Source: an uncultured Phycisphaeraceae bacterium
GTDB lineage: Bacteria > Planctomycetota > Phycisphaerae > UBA1845
Assembly: GCA_964495075.1 (NCBI GenBank)
Contig: CAZBUJ010000023.1
Span: 1,461 to 65,460, forward strand
Reading direction: 5' to 3'
Length of the DNA stretch: 64,000 bases
The translations under genes and the position numbers were made by a program. Shown one piece after another: positions 39,935 through 48,515 of this stretch (its first letter is position 1; every line of letters begins with the position of its first letter). Under the pieces are notes generated by a model. It did no database searches and had not been told where the DNA came from. It was given only the letters and a program-made list of their open reading frames with translations.

Positions 39935-41371
39935 TTATCCGCCGAGCAGTGACAGCACGTTCTGCTGCTGTGCGTTGGCGATGGCCAGGATGGAGTTTCC
40001 AGCCTGGACCAGCACCTGGGCACGGGTCAACTCGGTGGTCTCTTCGGCGAAGTCGGTATCCCGGATGACCGACTCCGACGAGGTCAGGTTCTCGCTGGTG
40101 ATCTGCAATTGGGCGATGTTCGCCTGCAGCGTGTTGCGTTCGAACGCGCCGAGGCGACCCCGCAGCACGGAGACCTGGTCGATGGCCAGGTTCACCACGT
40201 CGGACGCCGTTTGGAGATTGGCCCGGTTACGCAAGGCGAGGCGTTGCCCGTCCTGCAACTCGGAGAGGAACCCTCTGATCCGGTTGCCGAGCTTGTTGGC
40301 ATGCATGGCCCGGACGCCGATGTTCTCCTGCTGGTTCGTGTTCACCCGCGGTCCGAGCTGGAACAACGACCCGCCGTCGGTGACGGCGAACTCGGACGAT
40401 CCGATGCCGTAGTTGCGGTCGAGGGTAATCTCCACGTCGAGCAGGAAGGAGTTGAGCTTGAGGGTGAGCCCCTGCCCCACCGTCGGCGCTCCGTTGATGG
40501 TGCCCTCGGCGTCGGCCCCGTAGGCCCGGGTGCGTACCGTGCCGCCGGCCAGCGGGTCGGTCACCTGGAACGGGGCGCTGCCCCAGACCTCCTGGACCTG
40601 CACGAACTGATCGGACCCGTGTTCCCGCGTCTGGAACACCACGTTGCCCGCCACCACCGAGGCGGAGACGCCGGTCGCGTCGGCCTGGGTGTTGACCGAC
40701 TCAGCGATGTCGTTGACGGTGGCGCTGGCCGGGAAGTTGAGGGTGGCCACGCCTTCCGGCCCCTGGAGGTCGATGGTGACGGCCGAGGCGCCGACGCCGC
40801 CGCCGCCGAAGATGAGCTGGGCGTACTGGGCCGAGGCGGTGACCTCGACTTCGACGGGGACGAAGGTGCGGCTGCCGAACTTGGCGGCGAGGATCTGGAC
40901 GTCGGCGAGGGCGGTGAAGTTGTTCCCCCCGCTGGTCACGTAATCGAGCGACCCGTCGAGCAGTTTTCGACCCGCGAAGGTGGTGGTGTTGGCGATCCGG
41001 TTGATCGAATCGATGGCGGAATCAATCTGCAGCTGGTTGGCGGCGACCTCTTCGTCGGAGAAGGCGCCACGGTTGGCCGCCTCGATCAGCAAGGCGTTAA
41101 TGTCATTGAGCAAGGCGGACACTTCGTTGAGTGCACCTTCGGTGGTGGCGATGACGTTGATCGCCCGCTCCGAGTTCTCGATGGACTGTTGGACGGCGCC
41201 AATCTCGGAGCGCAGCCGCTCGGAAACGATCAGGCCAGCGGGGTCATCCGCTCCGCGGTTGATTTTCAACCCGCTGGACAGGCGTTCCAGCGAGACCCGC
41301 AGGTCCCCCTGGGAAACGGCAAGGTGCCTCTGCGAAATCACCGCGGGAATGTTGTTCGTGATACGACTCAT
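39935..41371 (-). CDS. fliC: flagellin
   Basis: 478 aa. N-terminus LERLSSGLKINRGADDPAGL and C-terminus TRAQVLVQAGNSILAIANAQQQNVLSLLGG are canonical flagellin D0/D1 segments. Confidence 0.93.
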   Translation of the reverse strand: MSRITNNIPAVISQRHLAVSQGDLRVSLERLSSGLKINRGADDPAGLIVSERLRSEIGAVQQSIENSERAINVIATTEGALNEVSALLNDINALLIEAANRGAFSDEEVAANQLQIDSAIDSINRIANTTTFAGRKLLDGSLDYVTSGGNNFTALADVQILAAKFGSRTFVPVEVEVTASAQYAQLIFGGGGVGASAVTIDLQGPEGVATLNFPASATVNDIAESVNTQADATGVSASVVAGNVVFQTREHGSDQFVQVQEVWGSAPFQVTDPLAGGTVRTRAYGADAEGTINGAPTVGQGLTLKLNSFLLDVEITLDRNYGIGSSEFAVTDGGSLFQLGPRVNTNQQENIGVRAMHANKLGNRIRGFLSELQDGQRLALRNRANLQTASDVVNLAIDQVSVLRGRLGAFERNTLQANIAQLQITSENLTSSESVIRDTDFAEETTELTRAQVLVQAGNSILAIANAQQQNVLSLLGG

Positions 41372-41374
41372 CGT

Positions 41375-41392
41375 GCAATCCTCCCTGATTGC
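41375..41392 (-). promoter_or_regulatory. candidate CsrA-binding hairpin presenting the fliC Shine-Dalgarno
   Basis: The minus-strand RNA reads GCAAUC-AGGGAG-GAUUGC-ACG-AUG. This is a 6-bp stem with a GGA-containing hexaloop that is also the only SD-like sequence, 3 nt upstream of the fliC AUG. Confidence 0.45.
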
Positions 41393-41465
41393 CCCGCCGC
41401 GTACTGGGGCGTCGCGCGGGCGGGTTAAAAGGTCTGGTCACCGCCCGGGCCGAGTCGTCGCCGGT

Positions 41466-41481
41466 CAGCGTATCCGCGCTG
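41466..41481 (-). promoter_or_regulatory. possible second CsrA site in the fliC leader
   Basis: The minus-strand RNA reads CAGCG-CGGAUA-CGCUG, a 5-bp stem with GGA in the loop, ~90 nt upstream of the first site. It is unknown whether the transcript includes it. Confidence 0.25.
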
Positions 41482-41523
41482 CCGGCGCCCCGGCTCGGGG
41501 GCGGTCCGCCGGTGGCGGACGGT

Positions 41524-41784
41524 TTAGCGCTTCTTGCGCCGAATCCCGGATTGGTTCCTGGTCACTGATTCATCCGTTACCGTTGACACGTCCGAAGGGT
41601 CGATCCGCGAAGCCTGGCGGTTCTCGCGTTGAATCGCGTCGTAGACTTCCTTGCGGTGCACCGGTATGTGTCCCGGTGCATTGATCCCAAGGCGGACTTT
41701 GTCTCCGCGTATATCCACGACCGTGATCTCGATCTCGTCGCCGATCATGATCGTTTCATCGCGGGTTCTACTGAGCACCAACAT
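41524..41784 (-). CDS. csrA: carbon storage regulator CsrA
   Basis: 86 aa. [48 protein letters not shown] is the canonical CsrA fold sequence. Confidence 0.93.
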   Translation of the reverse strand: MLVLSRTRDETIMIGDEIEITVVDIRGDKVRLGINAPGHIPVHRKEVYDAIQRENRQASRIDPSDVSTVTDESVTRNQSGIRRKKR

Positions 41785-42009
41785 CCTCGGCTCCTTCCTT
41801 GGTTATGCCGATGCCTTCGTTCAGGCCCGTGGTCGTATCGATCGGCCCAATCCGGACCGGCCCCACCGGGCGCGCATGCGCGCCTGCGCACGCCGCCGGG
41901 TCGCCCACGCGCACGTCCACCGAACGCGGATCGGATGCCCGAAGACCAGGTGATGAGTCTTCGTACCGCAGTATACGGGATCAGCAACCGATCCGGCTAC
42001 CCGGTCCGA

Positions 42010-42459
42010 TCAGGCACTCTTGCTGACGGCTTGCCGCTCCGGCAACCGCATCAGCGGATGCCGCGTCGAGTAACGGCGGTCGCTCAGCACCAGCTGGCGA
42101 GCCGCCCGGGACTCGACGTTCACCACGAGCGGCCCCTGGAGATTCCCGGTCAACATGTCGTCCACCTTGTTGACGATCACGAAGACCTGGACGTGGTCCG
42201 GGCTGTCCAGCCCGATCGACGCCAACTCCTCCGCCTTGATCGGAGTCCGGTAGTCGGTGACGAACAGCCGAGGATCACAGACGATGAAGGCCAAATCCGG
42301 CCGATCCACCGCCTGTAACCAGTAGAACCCGCTGTTTTCGCCGGTTTGGACCAGGGCATACTGCTTCTGATGGGGGAATCCCAGGATCCCCTGCTCGAAG
42401 TTGATCAACCGCCCGTCGTCCACTTCCAGTTGTCCGAAGCGCGACGTTTCTATGATCAT
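42010..42459 (-). CDS. fliW: flagellar assembly factor FliW
   Basis: ORF track 42010..42600, trimmed to ATG 42459. MIIETSRFGQLEVDDGRLINFEQGILGFP..FYWLQ is typical of FliW. Confidence 0.9.
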   Translation of the reverse strand: MIIETSRFGQLEVDDGRLINFEQGILGFPHQKQYALVQTGENSGFYWLQAVDRPDLAFIVCDPRLFVTDYRTPIKAEELASIGLDSPDHVQVFVIVNKVDDMLTGNLQGPLVVNVESRAARQLVLSDRRYSTRHPLMRLPERQAVSKSA

Positions 42460-42737
42460 CGCGACTCTCCTGTGGCCCTTCCTATTCGGTTGGCACGAGG
42501 TCGGCCGGTCGAACGTCGACCGAAGATCTCCACGATTCCCGTACCCTGCGCGGACCGGCCCCATCCCGGTGCCGCCCGCCGCCCGGCTCCAATCGGGCAA
42601 CCGTATCGAACCGCCGGCCAGGCCACCCGTCCGGCGTCCGATCGTTCGTGGGGGTTGTGCGAACTTGCTCGTTTGCCATCACATCCCTCTCGGGGTGCTG
42701 CGGGCGCGCCGGTCGTTACCGGGGCCGCGCCGCGCGC

Positions 42738-44675
42738 CTAGAGATAGTCGATGAGCGACAGGTTCATCAGGGTCGAGCCCGTCATCATCGATGCCTGCAA
42801 CGCCGTCTGGGCCGCCTGAAAATTGGTCACCGATTCGGCGTAGTCCAAGTCCTTGATCCGCGACAGGTATTCCTGGGTCGCGTACTTCGCGTCCTCCATC
42901 TGGGTCAGCCGATCCTGGAACCCTTTCGACCGGGCCCCTATGACCCCGCGGACCCGCGTGACGTCCTCCATGAACACGTTGAGACGCTCGGCGGCCAGGC
43001 TGATGCCGAGCTGGTCGTTGCCGCGCAACGCCCGCTCCAGGTCATACAGGTACGTCAATACGCTCTGAGCCCGGATTCCGTTGGTGTCCGTACTCACCAG
43101 CTCGGTGTCAGGATCCGTCACTGACTGTTCAAGCCCGAGGTCGTCGATCGCGAAGGAGTTGTTCATCCGCGATACGGCCAGCATGCCGGTGCCCCCGGTG
43201 GTGTCCTCGAGCCGGATTCCCGTCCCCACCGTGGCCAGCGAGGCGACCACGGACACCCCGGCGGCCACGGCGGCATCGTTGATCAGGTCGATCACGTCAC
43301 CGATCGTCTCGGCCCCGTCGAGGTCGACGTCGAAGAAACTCCCGTCCTTGGCCGTGACGCGGATGTCCACTTCGCCTTCCCGGGTCTCCACGCCGCGGCC
43401 GTCGTTGAGATCCGCCAGTCGCGTTTCGACGCTGAGCGAGAGGATGCCGAGTTCGGCCGCCGTGGTGCCGCCGTTCTCGCCGACGGTCATCGACGTGCCG
43501 GAGATCAGGTTGATGACCTCGAGCCCTTTGCCGTCCGCCGCGATCACGGCCCGAACGTTCATGTCCGCGTTGTCGATCAGGTTCAGAATGTCCTGGACGG
43601 TCTCGGCCCCGCTCAGGTCGACGGTGGCGACGTCCGCGCCGTTGCGAATCTGAATAGCGTCGGCCAAGTTCACGCCGGCCCCGGCTGTGAGATCCGCCAC
43701 CCGGGTGGTCGCGGTCAGCCGGACGTCCAGATCGGCACCAACGATGGGCGTCGCCTGGGCGGTCGGCGTCAGGATTCCGAGATCGGCGGCGATGAGGCCC
43801 GTGCTCGTGTCAGTGATCGAGACGGGCGATCCGCCGGGCGTGATCTGCAGCCCGTTGTCGGTGAGTTCGGCGGTGACGGCGGCCCCGGCGTCGGTGGCCG
43901 CCTGGTTGAACAGGTCCACCACGTCGCCGATGGTGTCGGCCAGGGTCAGATCGACCTGGAACCGGCCGGCCCCGCCCTCTTCGGTGACCACCAGTTGCCC
44001 GGCCCGGATCCCGAACCCGTTCGCTCCGTTGAAGTCCTCCAGTCGGCTGGTGGCGGTGAGGTTCGGATTGAGATCCACGAGGCCGCCGGTGCGGCCGGTC
44101 AACGCCCCGAACACGTCGTGCCCGGAGAAGCTGACGTCTTCGAGTTCATCCTCGGCCACCCGCACCGTCAACGGCGCGATGTCGCCGGTGTAGGCCACCC
44201 CGCCGGGGGCGTAGTTGAACGGCTGCACCCCGGAGTCGCGTCCCGCGAACAGGTACCGGCCCTGGAACTGCCGATTGGAGACGGTGATGATCTGGTCGAT
44301 GATGGCACTGACCAGCTCGGCGGCGGCGGTGCGCTCGTCGGCACTGGAGAGGGTGCCGAGGTTCTCGGCCGCGATGGAGTGGGCCTGGATCAACAGCTCG
44401 TTGGTCTCGGTCAGGGCGCTGTCGGCGGCGACGAGCAGGTTGTCCCCGTGCTGCACGTTGAGCACGAGCTGCTCGCGCTGATCGAGGATCTCGGTCATCC
44501 GCATCACCTGGGCGGCGGCGGCGGGGTCCTCGCTCGGGGCGAGGAAGCGGCGCCCGGCGGCCAGGCGATTCTGCTCGTTGAACAGCGTCACCTGCCCGTT
44601 GCGCATCGCGTGCACGAGCGACAGGGATCGCATGTTGTGACTGACGCGGGTTACGTTGATTGGGCCGACGGCCAT
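42738..44675 (-). CDS. flgL: flagellar hook-associated protein 3 (hook-filament junction) with a triplicated central module
   Basis: 645 aa. N-terminus RLAAGRRFLAPSEDPAAAAQ and a flagellin-like C-terminus (QAAQTALQASMMTGSTLMNLSLIDYL). Confidence 0.88.
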   Translation of the reverse strand: MAVGPINVTRVSHNMRSLSLVHAMRNGQVTLFNEQNRLAAGRRFLAPSEDPAAAAQVMRMTEILDQREQLVLNVQHGDNLLVAADSALTETNELLIQAHSIAAENLGTLSSADERTAAAELVSAIIDQIITVSNRQFQGRYLFAGRDSGVQPFNYAPGGVAYTGDIAPLTVRVAEDELEDVSFSGHDVFGALTGRTGGLVDLNPNLTATSRLEDFNGANGFGIRAGQLVVTEEGGAGRFQVDLTLADTIGDVVDLFNQAATDAGAAVTAELTDNGLQITPGGSPVSITDTSTGLIAADLGILTPTAQATPIVGADLDVRLTATTRVADLTAGAGVNLADAIQIRNGADVATVDLSGAETVQDILNLIDNADMNVRAVIAADGKGLEVINLISGTSMTVGENGGTTAAELGILSLSVETRLADLNDGRGVETREGEVDIRVTAKDGSFFDVDLDGAETIGDVIDLINDAAVAAGVSVVASLATVGTGIRLEDTTGGTGMLAVSRMNNSFAIDDLGLEQSVTDPDTELVSTDTNGIRAQSVLTYLYDLERALRGNDQLGISLAAERLNVFMEDVTRVRGVIGARSKGFQDRLTQMEDAKYATQEYLSRIKDLDYAESVTNFQAAQTALQASMMTGSTLMNLSLIDYL

Positions 44676-44700
44676 GGTGTCATACCTCGTACAGCCGGGA

Positions 44701-46431
44701 CTACTGGATAATGTTCATCATCTCCGTCATCACCTGATCGACGACGCTGAGGTACCGGGCCGCCCCCTGAAAGGCCCGCTCGTACTTCACCAGCTCGATG
44801 GCTTCCTCATCCAGGCTCACGCCGCTGATGTTCTCTTTCTGCGTCTGTAGTGCCATAAGAATGGCATCCGCCGCCTCGATCCCGGTCTTGGCCGCGGCGC
44901 CGGTCACGGCGACGTCGTTGGCCACCGCGTTGTAGAAGTCGAGAATGGAGGACCCGTCGAGCAGCTCGCTCGGCTCGTTGAGCGCGCCGGCCATCCTGCC
45001 GGCATTGTCGCCGTCGCCCGTGAAATTCGTCATCGACGCGGCCAGCCGCCGCGCGTCGCTCTCCACCATCGGGTTGACGTGAATGTCCCCGGCCGTCGAC
45101 CCCGCGAAGAACGTGTTGACCCCCAGGGCGGACAGCAGGTTGGCGGTGTCGTCCCGGAAGGTCTGCCCGTCGTTTCCGAAGCTGAACGTGTACCCGTCGT
45201 CCGCATCGAGCTTCAGCTTGTGGTCGAACGTAATCGACGCCGTCACGCCGCTCGCGGTGGCGTTGATGTCGGCCACCAGCGACTCGAGCGAGGTATCCGT
45301 CCCGATGCCGTCGAGGTCCACGTCGATCTGGTAGGCGACCGGGGTGCCGGTGGCGTCGTCGGACACGGTGAGGAAGAAGCTGCCGTTGCGCGGCGGGTTG
45401 CGGAGGCCGGCCTCGGGTGAATTGAGGGCGACGCTCGTATCCGTCACGTCGTAGGTGCCGGTGACCGAGGTGAACCCGATCAACCCCTGCCCGTCGGAGT
45501 GGACGCGGTTGACCTCGCCGATGAGGCCGGCCGCGAACTGGTCCAGGCTGGCGATGCGGCCGTAGGCCTGGTTCTCGCGGGCGCTGAGCATACCTTCGAT
45601 GCGGCCACCGTGCACCGAGACCGGCGAGTGGGTGTCGGCGAACCGGATCACGGCCCGGGCGAATTCGCCATCGACCTGAGTCTCGGTGGTCAGGCCGCGG
45701 CTGACCCCGCCCTGCACGATGGCTTCGCTGCCGATGTAGACGTATACCGACCCGTCGGGTTGATACCGCACGGTGGTGTCGAAGAGTTCGCTCAGCTCGC
45801 GTAGCTTGGCGTCGCGCTGGTCGCGAAGGGAATTGGCCTGCCCCTGCCGCGAGCCCTCGGCCGAGATGATCCGCGCGTTGAGATCGGCGATCTCGCCGGC
45901 CAGCCCGTCGGCGGCGTCCACCAGTCCCTCGATCTGTCCGTTGATCTCCTCTCCCATGGCCAGCAGTTCACGCCGCAGCCGCTGCACCGACCCGGCGAGG
46001 GTCGCCCCGGAAGTGATGGCGACGCTCCGCAGGGCGACGTCTTCCGGGTTGTTCTGCACGTCGCTGAGCACGTTGAAGAAGTCGGTGAGCTGGGAGGCGA
46101 TGCCGGCCCCCGACAGTTCGTCGAAGAACGCTTCGATGCGATCGACCCAGTCGGCCTCGGTGGCGGCCGATTCCCGATCGCCGACCGCCACGCGGATCCG
46201 CGACTCGAGCGATTCGTCGAGGTTGCGCTTGAGCGAGGACAGGGCGACCCCGGCGCCCGGTTGCAGGCCCGGCCCCATCGGCGTGCCGGGCAGGGCGGCC
46301 AGACCGGCGGTCTGCCGCACGTAGTCGGCATTGCCGGCGTTGGCGACGTTGTTCCCGACGACCTGCAGGGCGCCCTGGTATGACATGACGGCGCTGCGTC
46401 CGATCTGTAATGCCGCTGACATCAGTCCCAT
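44701..46431 (-). CDS. flgK: flagellar hook-associated protein 1
   Basis: 576 aa. The N-terminus MGLMSAALQIGRSAVMSYQGALQVVGNNVANAGNADYVRQ contains the rod/hook-family ANxxNxxTxGYxR-type motif, here as ANAGNADYVR. FlgK-type C-terminus ELVKYERAFQGAARYLSVVDQ. Confidence 0.92.
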   Translation of the reverse strand: MGLMSAALQIGRSAVMSYQGALQVVGNNVANAGNADYVRQTAGLAALPGTPMGPGLQPGAGVALSSLKRNLDESLESRIRVAVGDRESAATEADWVDRIEAFFDELSGAGIASQLTDFFNVLSDVQNNPEDVALRSVAITSGATLAGSVQRLRRELLAMGEEINGQIEGLVDAADGLAGEIADLNARIISAEGSRQGQANSLRDQRDAKLRELSELFDTTVRYQPDGSVYVYIGSEAIVQGGVSRGLTTETQVDGEFARAVIRFADTHSPVSVHGGRIEGMLSARENQAYGRIASLDQFAAGLIGEVNRVHSDGQGLIGFTSVTGTYDVTDTSVALNSPEAGLRNPPRNGSFFLTVSDDATGTPVAYQIDVDLDGIGTDTSLESLVADINATASGVTASITFDHKLKLDADDGYTFSFGNDGQTFRDDTANLLSALGVNTFFAGSTAGDIHVNPMVESDARRLAASMTNFTGDGDNAGRMAGALNEPSELLDGSSILDFYNAVANDVAVTGAAAKTGIEAADAILMALQTQKENISGVSLDEEAIELVKYERAFQGAARYLSVVDQVMTEMMNIIQ

Positions 46432-46497
46432 GGTTCGCCTTCGCTTCCTGGCACTCGTTTGCCTCTGGCCGCCCGCCGCTTCCGCCGGGCGACGTCG

Positions 46498-47019
46498 CTA
46501 TCCCAACGCATCCAGCAGGCGCCGTCGCGTTGGCACGTCCAGGCCGCCCTGGTGCGTGTACCCGCCGACTCTTGCCCCGCCGGTCGTCGTCATCGCCGCG
46601 AACACGTGTCGGAAGTGCCCGAGGATTTCGCGAGCGATCAGGCCGGCCACGCGATTGCGTTCCGCCACTTGGGCCACCACGCGACGCAATCGATCGGCGG
46701 CAGCCAAGAGTCGAGTGCCGCCCGGCTCGGCGAGTCGGTTGGCCAGCACGCGAATGTTCATGGACCGGGCCCGGCTGGGGCTGATGCCGAGCGACTGCCC
46801 GACGGCGATCATGATCTGCCGGCGGAGGCCTTCCTGCTCGGTGACCTGCTCGACGAGGGCGGCCTCCCGATCGATGCACGAGCGCATCCCCTCGATGTCC
46901 GCGGTCCGCATGCGTTCCACCTTCTCGCAGATCACGTCGCGCAGTTGGTCGTGCAGCACCGCCAACCGCTCGAGTAGCGTCAACAATGCCGTCGTCTGGC
47001 TGTCTGCCGTTTTCGTCAT
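46498..47019 (-). CDS. flgN: FlgN-like flagellar export chaperone
   Basis: ORF track 46498..47022 (GTG). ATG 47019 shares a base with the upstream stop (TGATG). It is helical and sits directly upstream of flgK-flgL. The family call rests on position and helical character. Confidence 0.6.
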   Translation of the reverse strand: MTKTADSQTTALLTLLERLAVLHDQLRDVICEKVERMRTADIEGMRSCIDREAALVEQVTEQEGLRRQIMIAVGQSLGISPSRARSMNIRVLANRLAEPGGTRLLAAADRLRRVVAQVAERNRVAGLIAREILGHFRHVFAAMTTTGGARVGGYTHQGGLDVPTRRRLLDALG

Positions 47020-47369
47020 CACGCCTTGTCACTCCCGGTTTCCGACTTCGCGCTGCGAGCCCGCTCGAGCCGCGTCTGGGCCTCCACCAGCCGCCGGGCG
47101 ATCGTGTCGGCGAAGCGGAAGGTGCGGGCCTCCCCGGCCTGCTCGGCGAACACCTCGTGCAGTTGGCCCTGGAAGACCTTCTCCCCGAACCCGCCGTGGC
47201 CGTACGCGCCCTTCAGCGTGCTGTCGCGCAACTGCCGCATCAGCGTTCCGTAGAAGATGCTGCCGACCACCTGGTTGACCGACTGCTGCAGTTCGCGCTG
47301 CACGCGGTCCGTACCGCTTCGGACGGCGGGATCGGGAGGGGACTGGATGGTGTCGGTCACGGTCATCAT
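47019..47369 (-). CDS. flagellar rod-binding protein (FlgJ N-terminal type, no muramidase domain)
   Basis: C-terminal 116 aa of ORF 47019..47864, starting at ATG 47369. SIFYGTLMRQLRDSTLKGAYGHGGFGEKVFQGQLHEVFAEQ matches the Rod_binding pattern. Confidence 0.72.
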   Translation of the reverse strand: MMTVTDTIQSPPDPAVRSGTDRVQRELQQSVNQVVGSIFYGTLMRQLRDSTLKGAYGHGGFGEKVFQGQLHEVFAEQAGEARTFRFADTIARRLVEAQTRLERARSAKSETGSDKA

Positions 47370-48505
47370 CACTCCTCGATCAGCAGTTTCGCGTGGAGCC
47401 TTCCCAGTCGATGGATCTCGGTCACGATGGCGATGCGGTCTTCGATCGGCACGCTGAGCCGGTTCAGGGCACCGAGCAGGTCGGTTACGCCGGTGCTGCC
47501 GGCCCGGCTGGGGTCGATGCCGACGAAGGTCTGCGGGCCTACCAGGGCCTCCGCCGTGCCGTCCGGTCCGGCCGGCAGCACGGTGACCGTCAGTCCCTTG
47601 TGCGACACGATGACCGGCGAGATCGTCGCGTTGCCCGTCACGACGATGGTGCCCGTGCGCCGGTTGATCGTGACGCGGGCTTCGTCGTCCGGAACGAGCA
47701 GCTCCAGGGTCTCGATGTCCCGGATCCAGGAGGCCGGCAGCTGTTCGTGGGGGACGACGACGAGCACGTTCTTCGGGTCGACCGCCATGGCCACGTGGGT
47801 CACGTCCGCCGCCAGAGACAGTTCCGAATCGATGGTCACGGCGATTTCGTGGGCCATCGCCCAACTGGCGTGGCGCTCGTCCAGCACCAGGGTGATGTAG
47901 AGCTGGTTCGGTTCGATCCAGTCGCTCGTGTACGGCAGGTCGCGCCCGACCGCGAGGTAGTTCAGGAGCACGTCCTCTTCCATCACCGCCCCGCCGGCGA
48001 TCATCCCTTGCGTGGGCAGGGTCTCGTCGTGGAGTCGGACGGGGCCGGCGGCGTACGCGAAGAACGGCGGAAGCTCAGGGTTGTCCCGCACCATGGGGTC
48101 GTGATGAACCAGGGGTACGGGCAGCAAACGCCCGCCGCGGAGACTCTTGGCGGCCCCGAAAGCGGACACCTGGACGTCGACGCGATCCCCCTCGCGAACG
48201 CCGCTGTCGGGGATGGTCGCCTCCACGAAGACGAGGGCCACGTCCTTGGAATCCTTCAGTTCGGCCATGGAGACCACCGGGGCGGCGAGGTCCTTGAGGC
48301 CTTCGGCCATGGCCCGCATGGTGGGGGCGTACTCGTCCCCGTCCCCGGTGCCGTCGAGTCCCACGACCAGTCCCAAGCCGATCAGCCGGTTGATCCGCTG
48401 ACCTTTGAGCTGGGTGATGTCGGCGATTCGGCAGGTGACGTCGGCCGCGGGGGCGGCGGGCGTCCAGCCGGCGACCAGCATGATGATGAGGGCGCTTCGA
48501 CGCAC
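47369..48505 (-). CDS. flgI: flagellar P-ring protein
   Basis: 378 aa with a GTG start and a signal peptide. LIGLGLVVGLDGTGD is typical of FlgI. Confidence 0.93.
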   Translation of the reverse strand: MRRSALIIMLVAGWTPAAPAADVTCRIADITQLKGQRINRLIGLGLVVGLDGTGDGDEYAPTMRAMAEGLKDLAAPVVSMAELKDSKDVALVFVEATIPDSGVREGDRVDVQVSAFGAAKSLRGGRLLPVPLVHHDPMVRDNPELPPFFAYAAGPVRLHDETLPTQGMIAGGAVMEEDVLLNYLAVGRDLPYTSDWIEPNQLYITLVLDERHASWAMAHEIAVTIDSELSLAADVTHVAMAVDPKNVLVVVPHEQLPASWIRDIETLELLVPDDEARVTINRRTGTIVVTGNATISPVIVSHKGLTVTVLPAGPDGTAEALVGPQTFVGIDPSRAGSTGVTDLLGALNRLSVPIEDRIAIVTEIHRLGRLHAKLLIEE

Positions 48506-48515
48506 GGTTCACCCC

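Noticed and set aside
41372-41523. Search for a sigma-28 type promoter (TAAA-N15-GCCGATAA) upstream of fliC. The GCCGATAT sequence at ~14127 upstream of the porin gene was also examined.
   Set aside because: No acceptable match is present in the fliC leader. The porin-upstream GCCGATAT lacks a TAAA at the right spacing and is in an unrelated context.
41869-41884. Perfect 16-bp palindrome GGCGCGCATGCGCGCC in the fliW-csrA spacer.
   Set aside because: It is a GC-only palindrome of a kind expected once or twice by chance in 64 kb of this composition, by rough hand estimate. I see no supporting context, though a role as an attenuator hairpin cannot be excluded.
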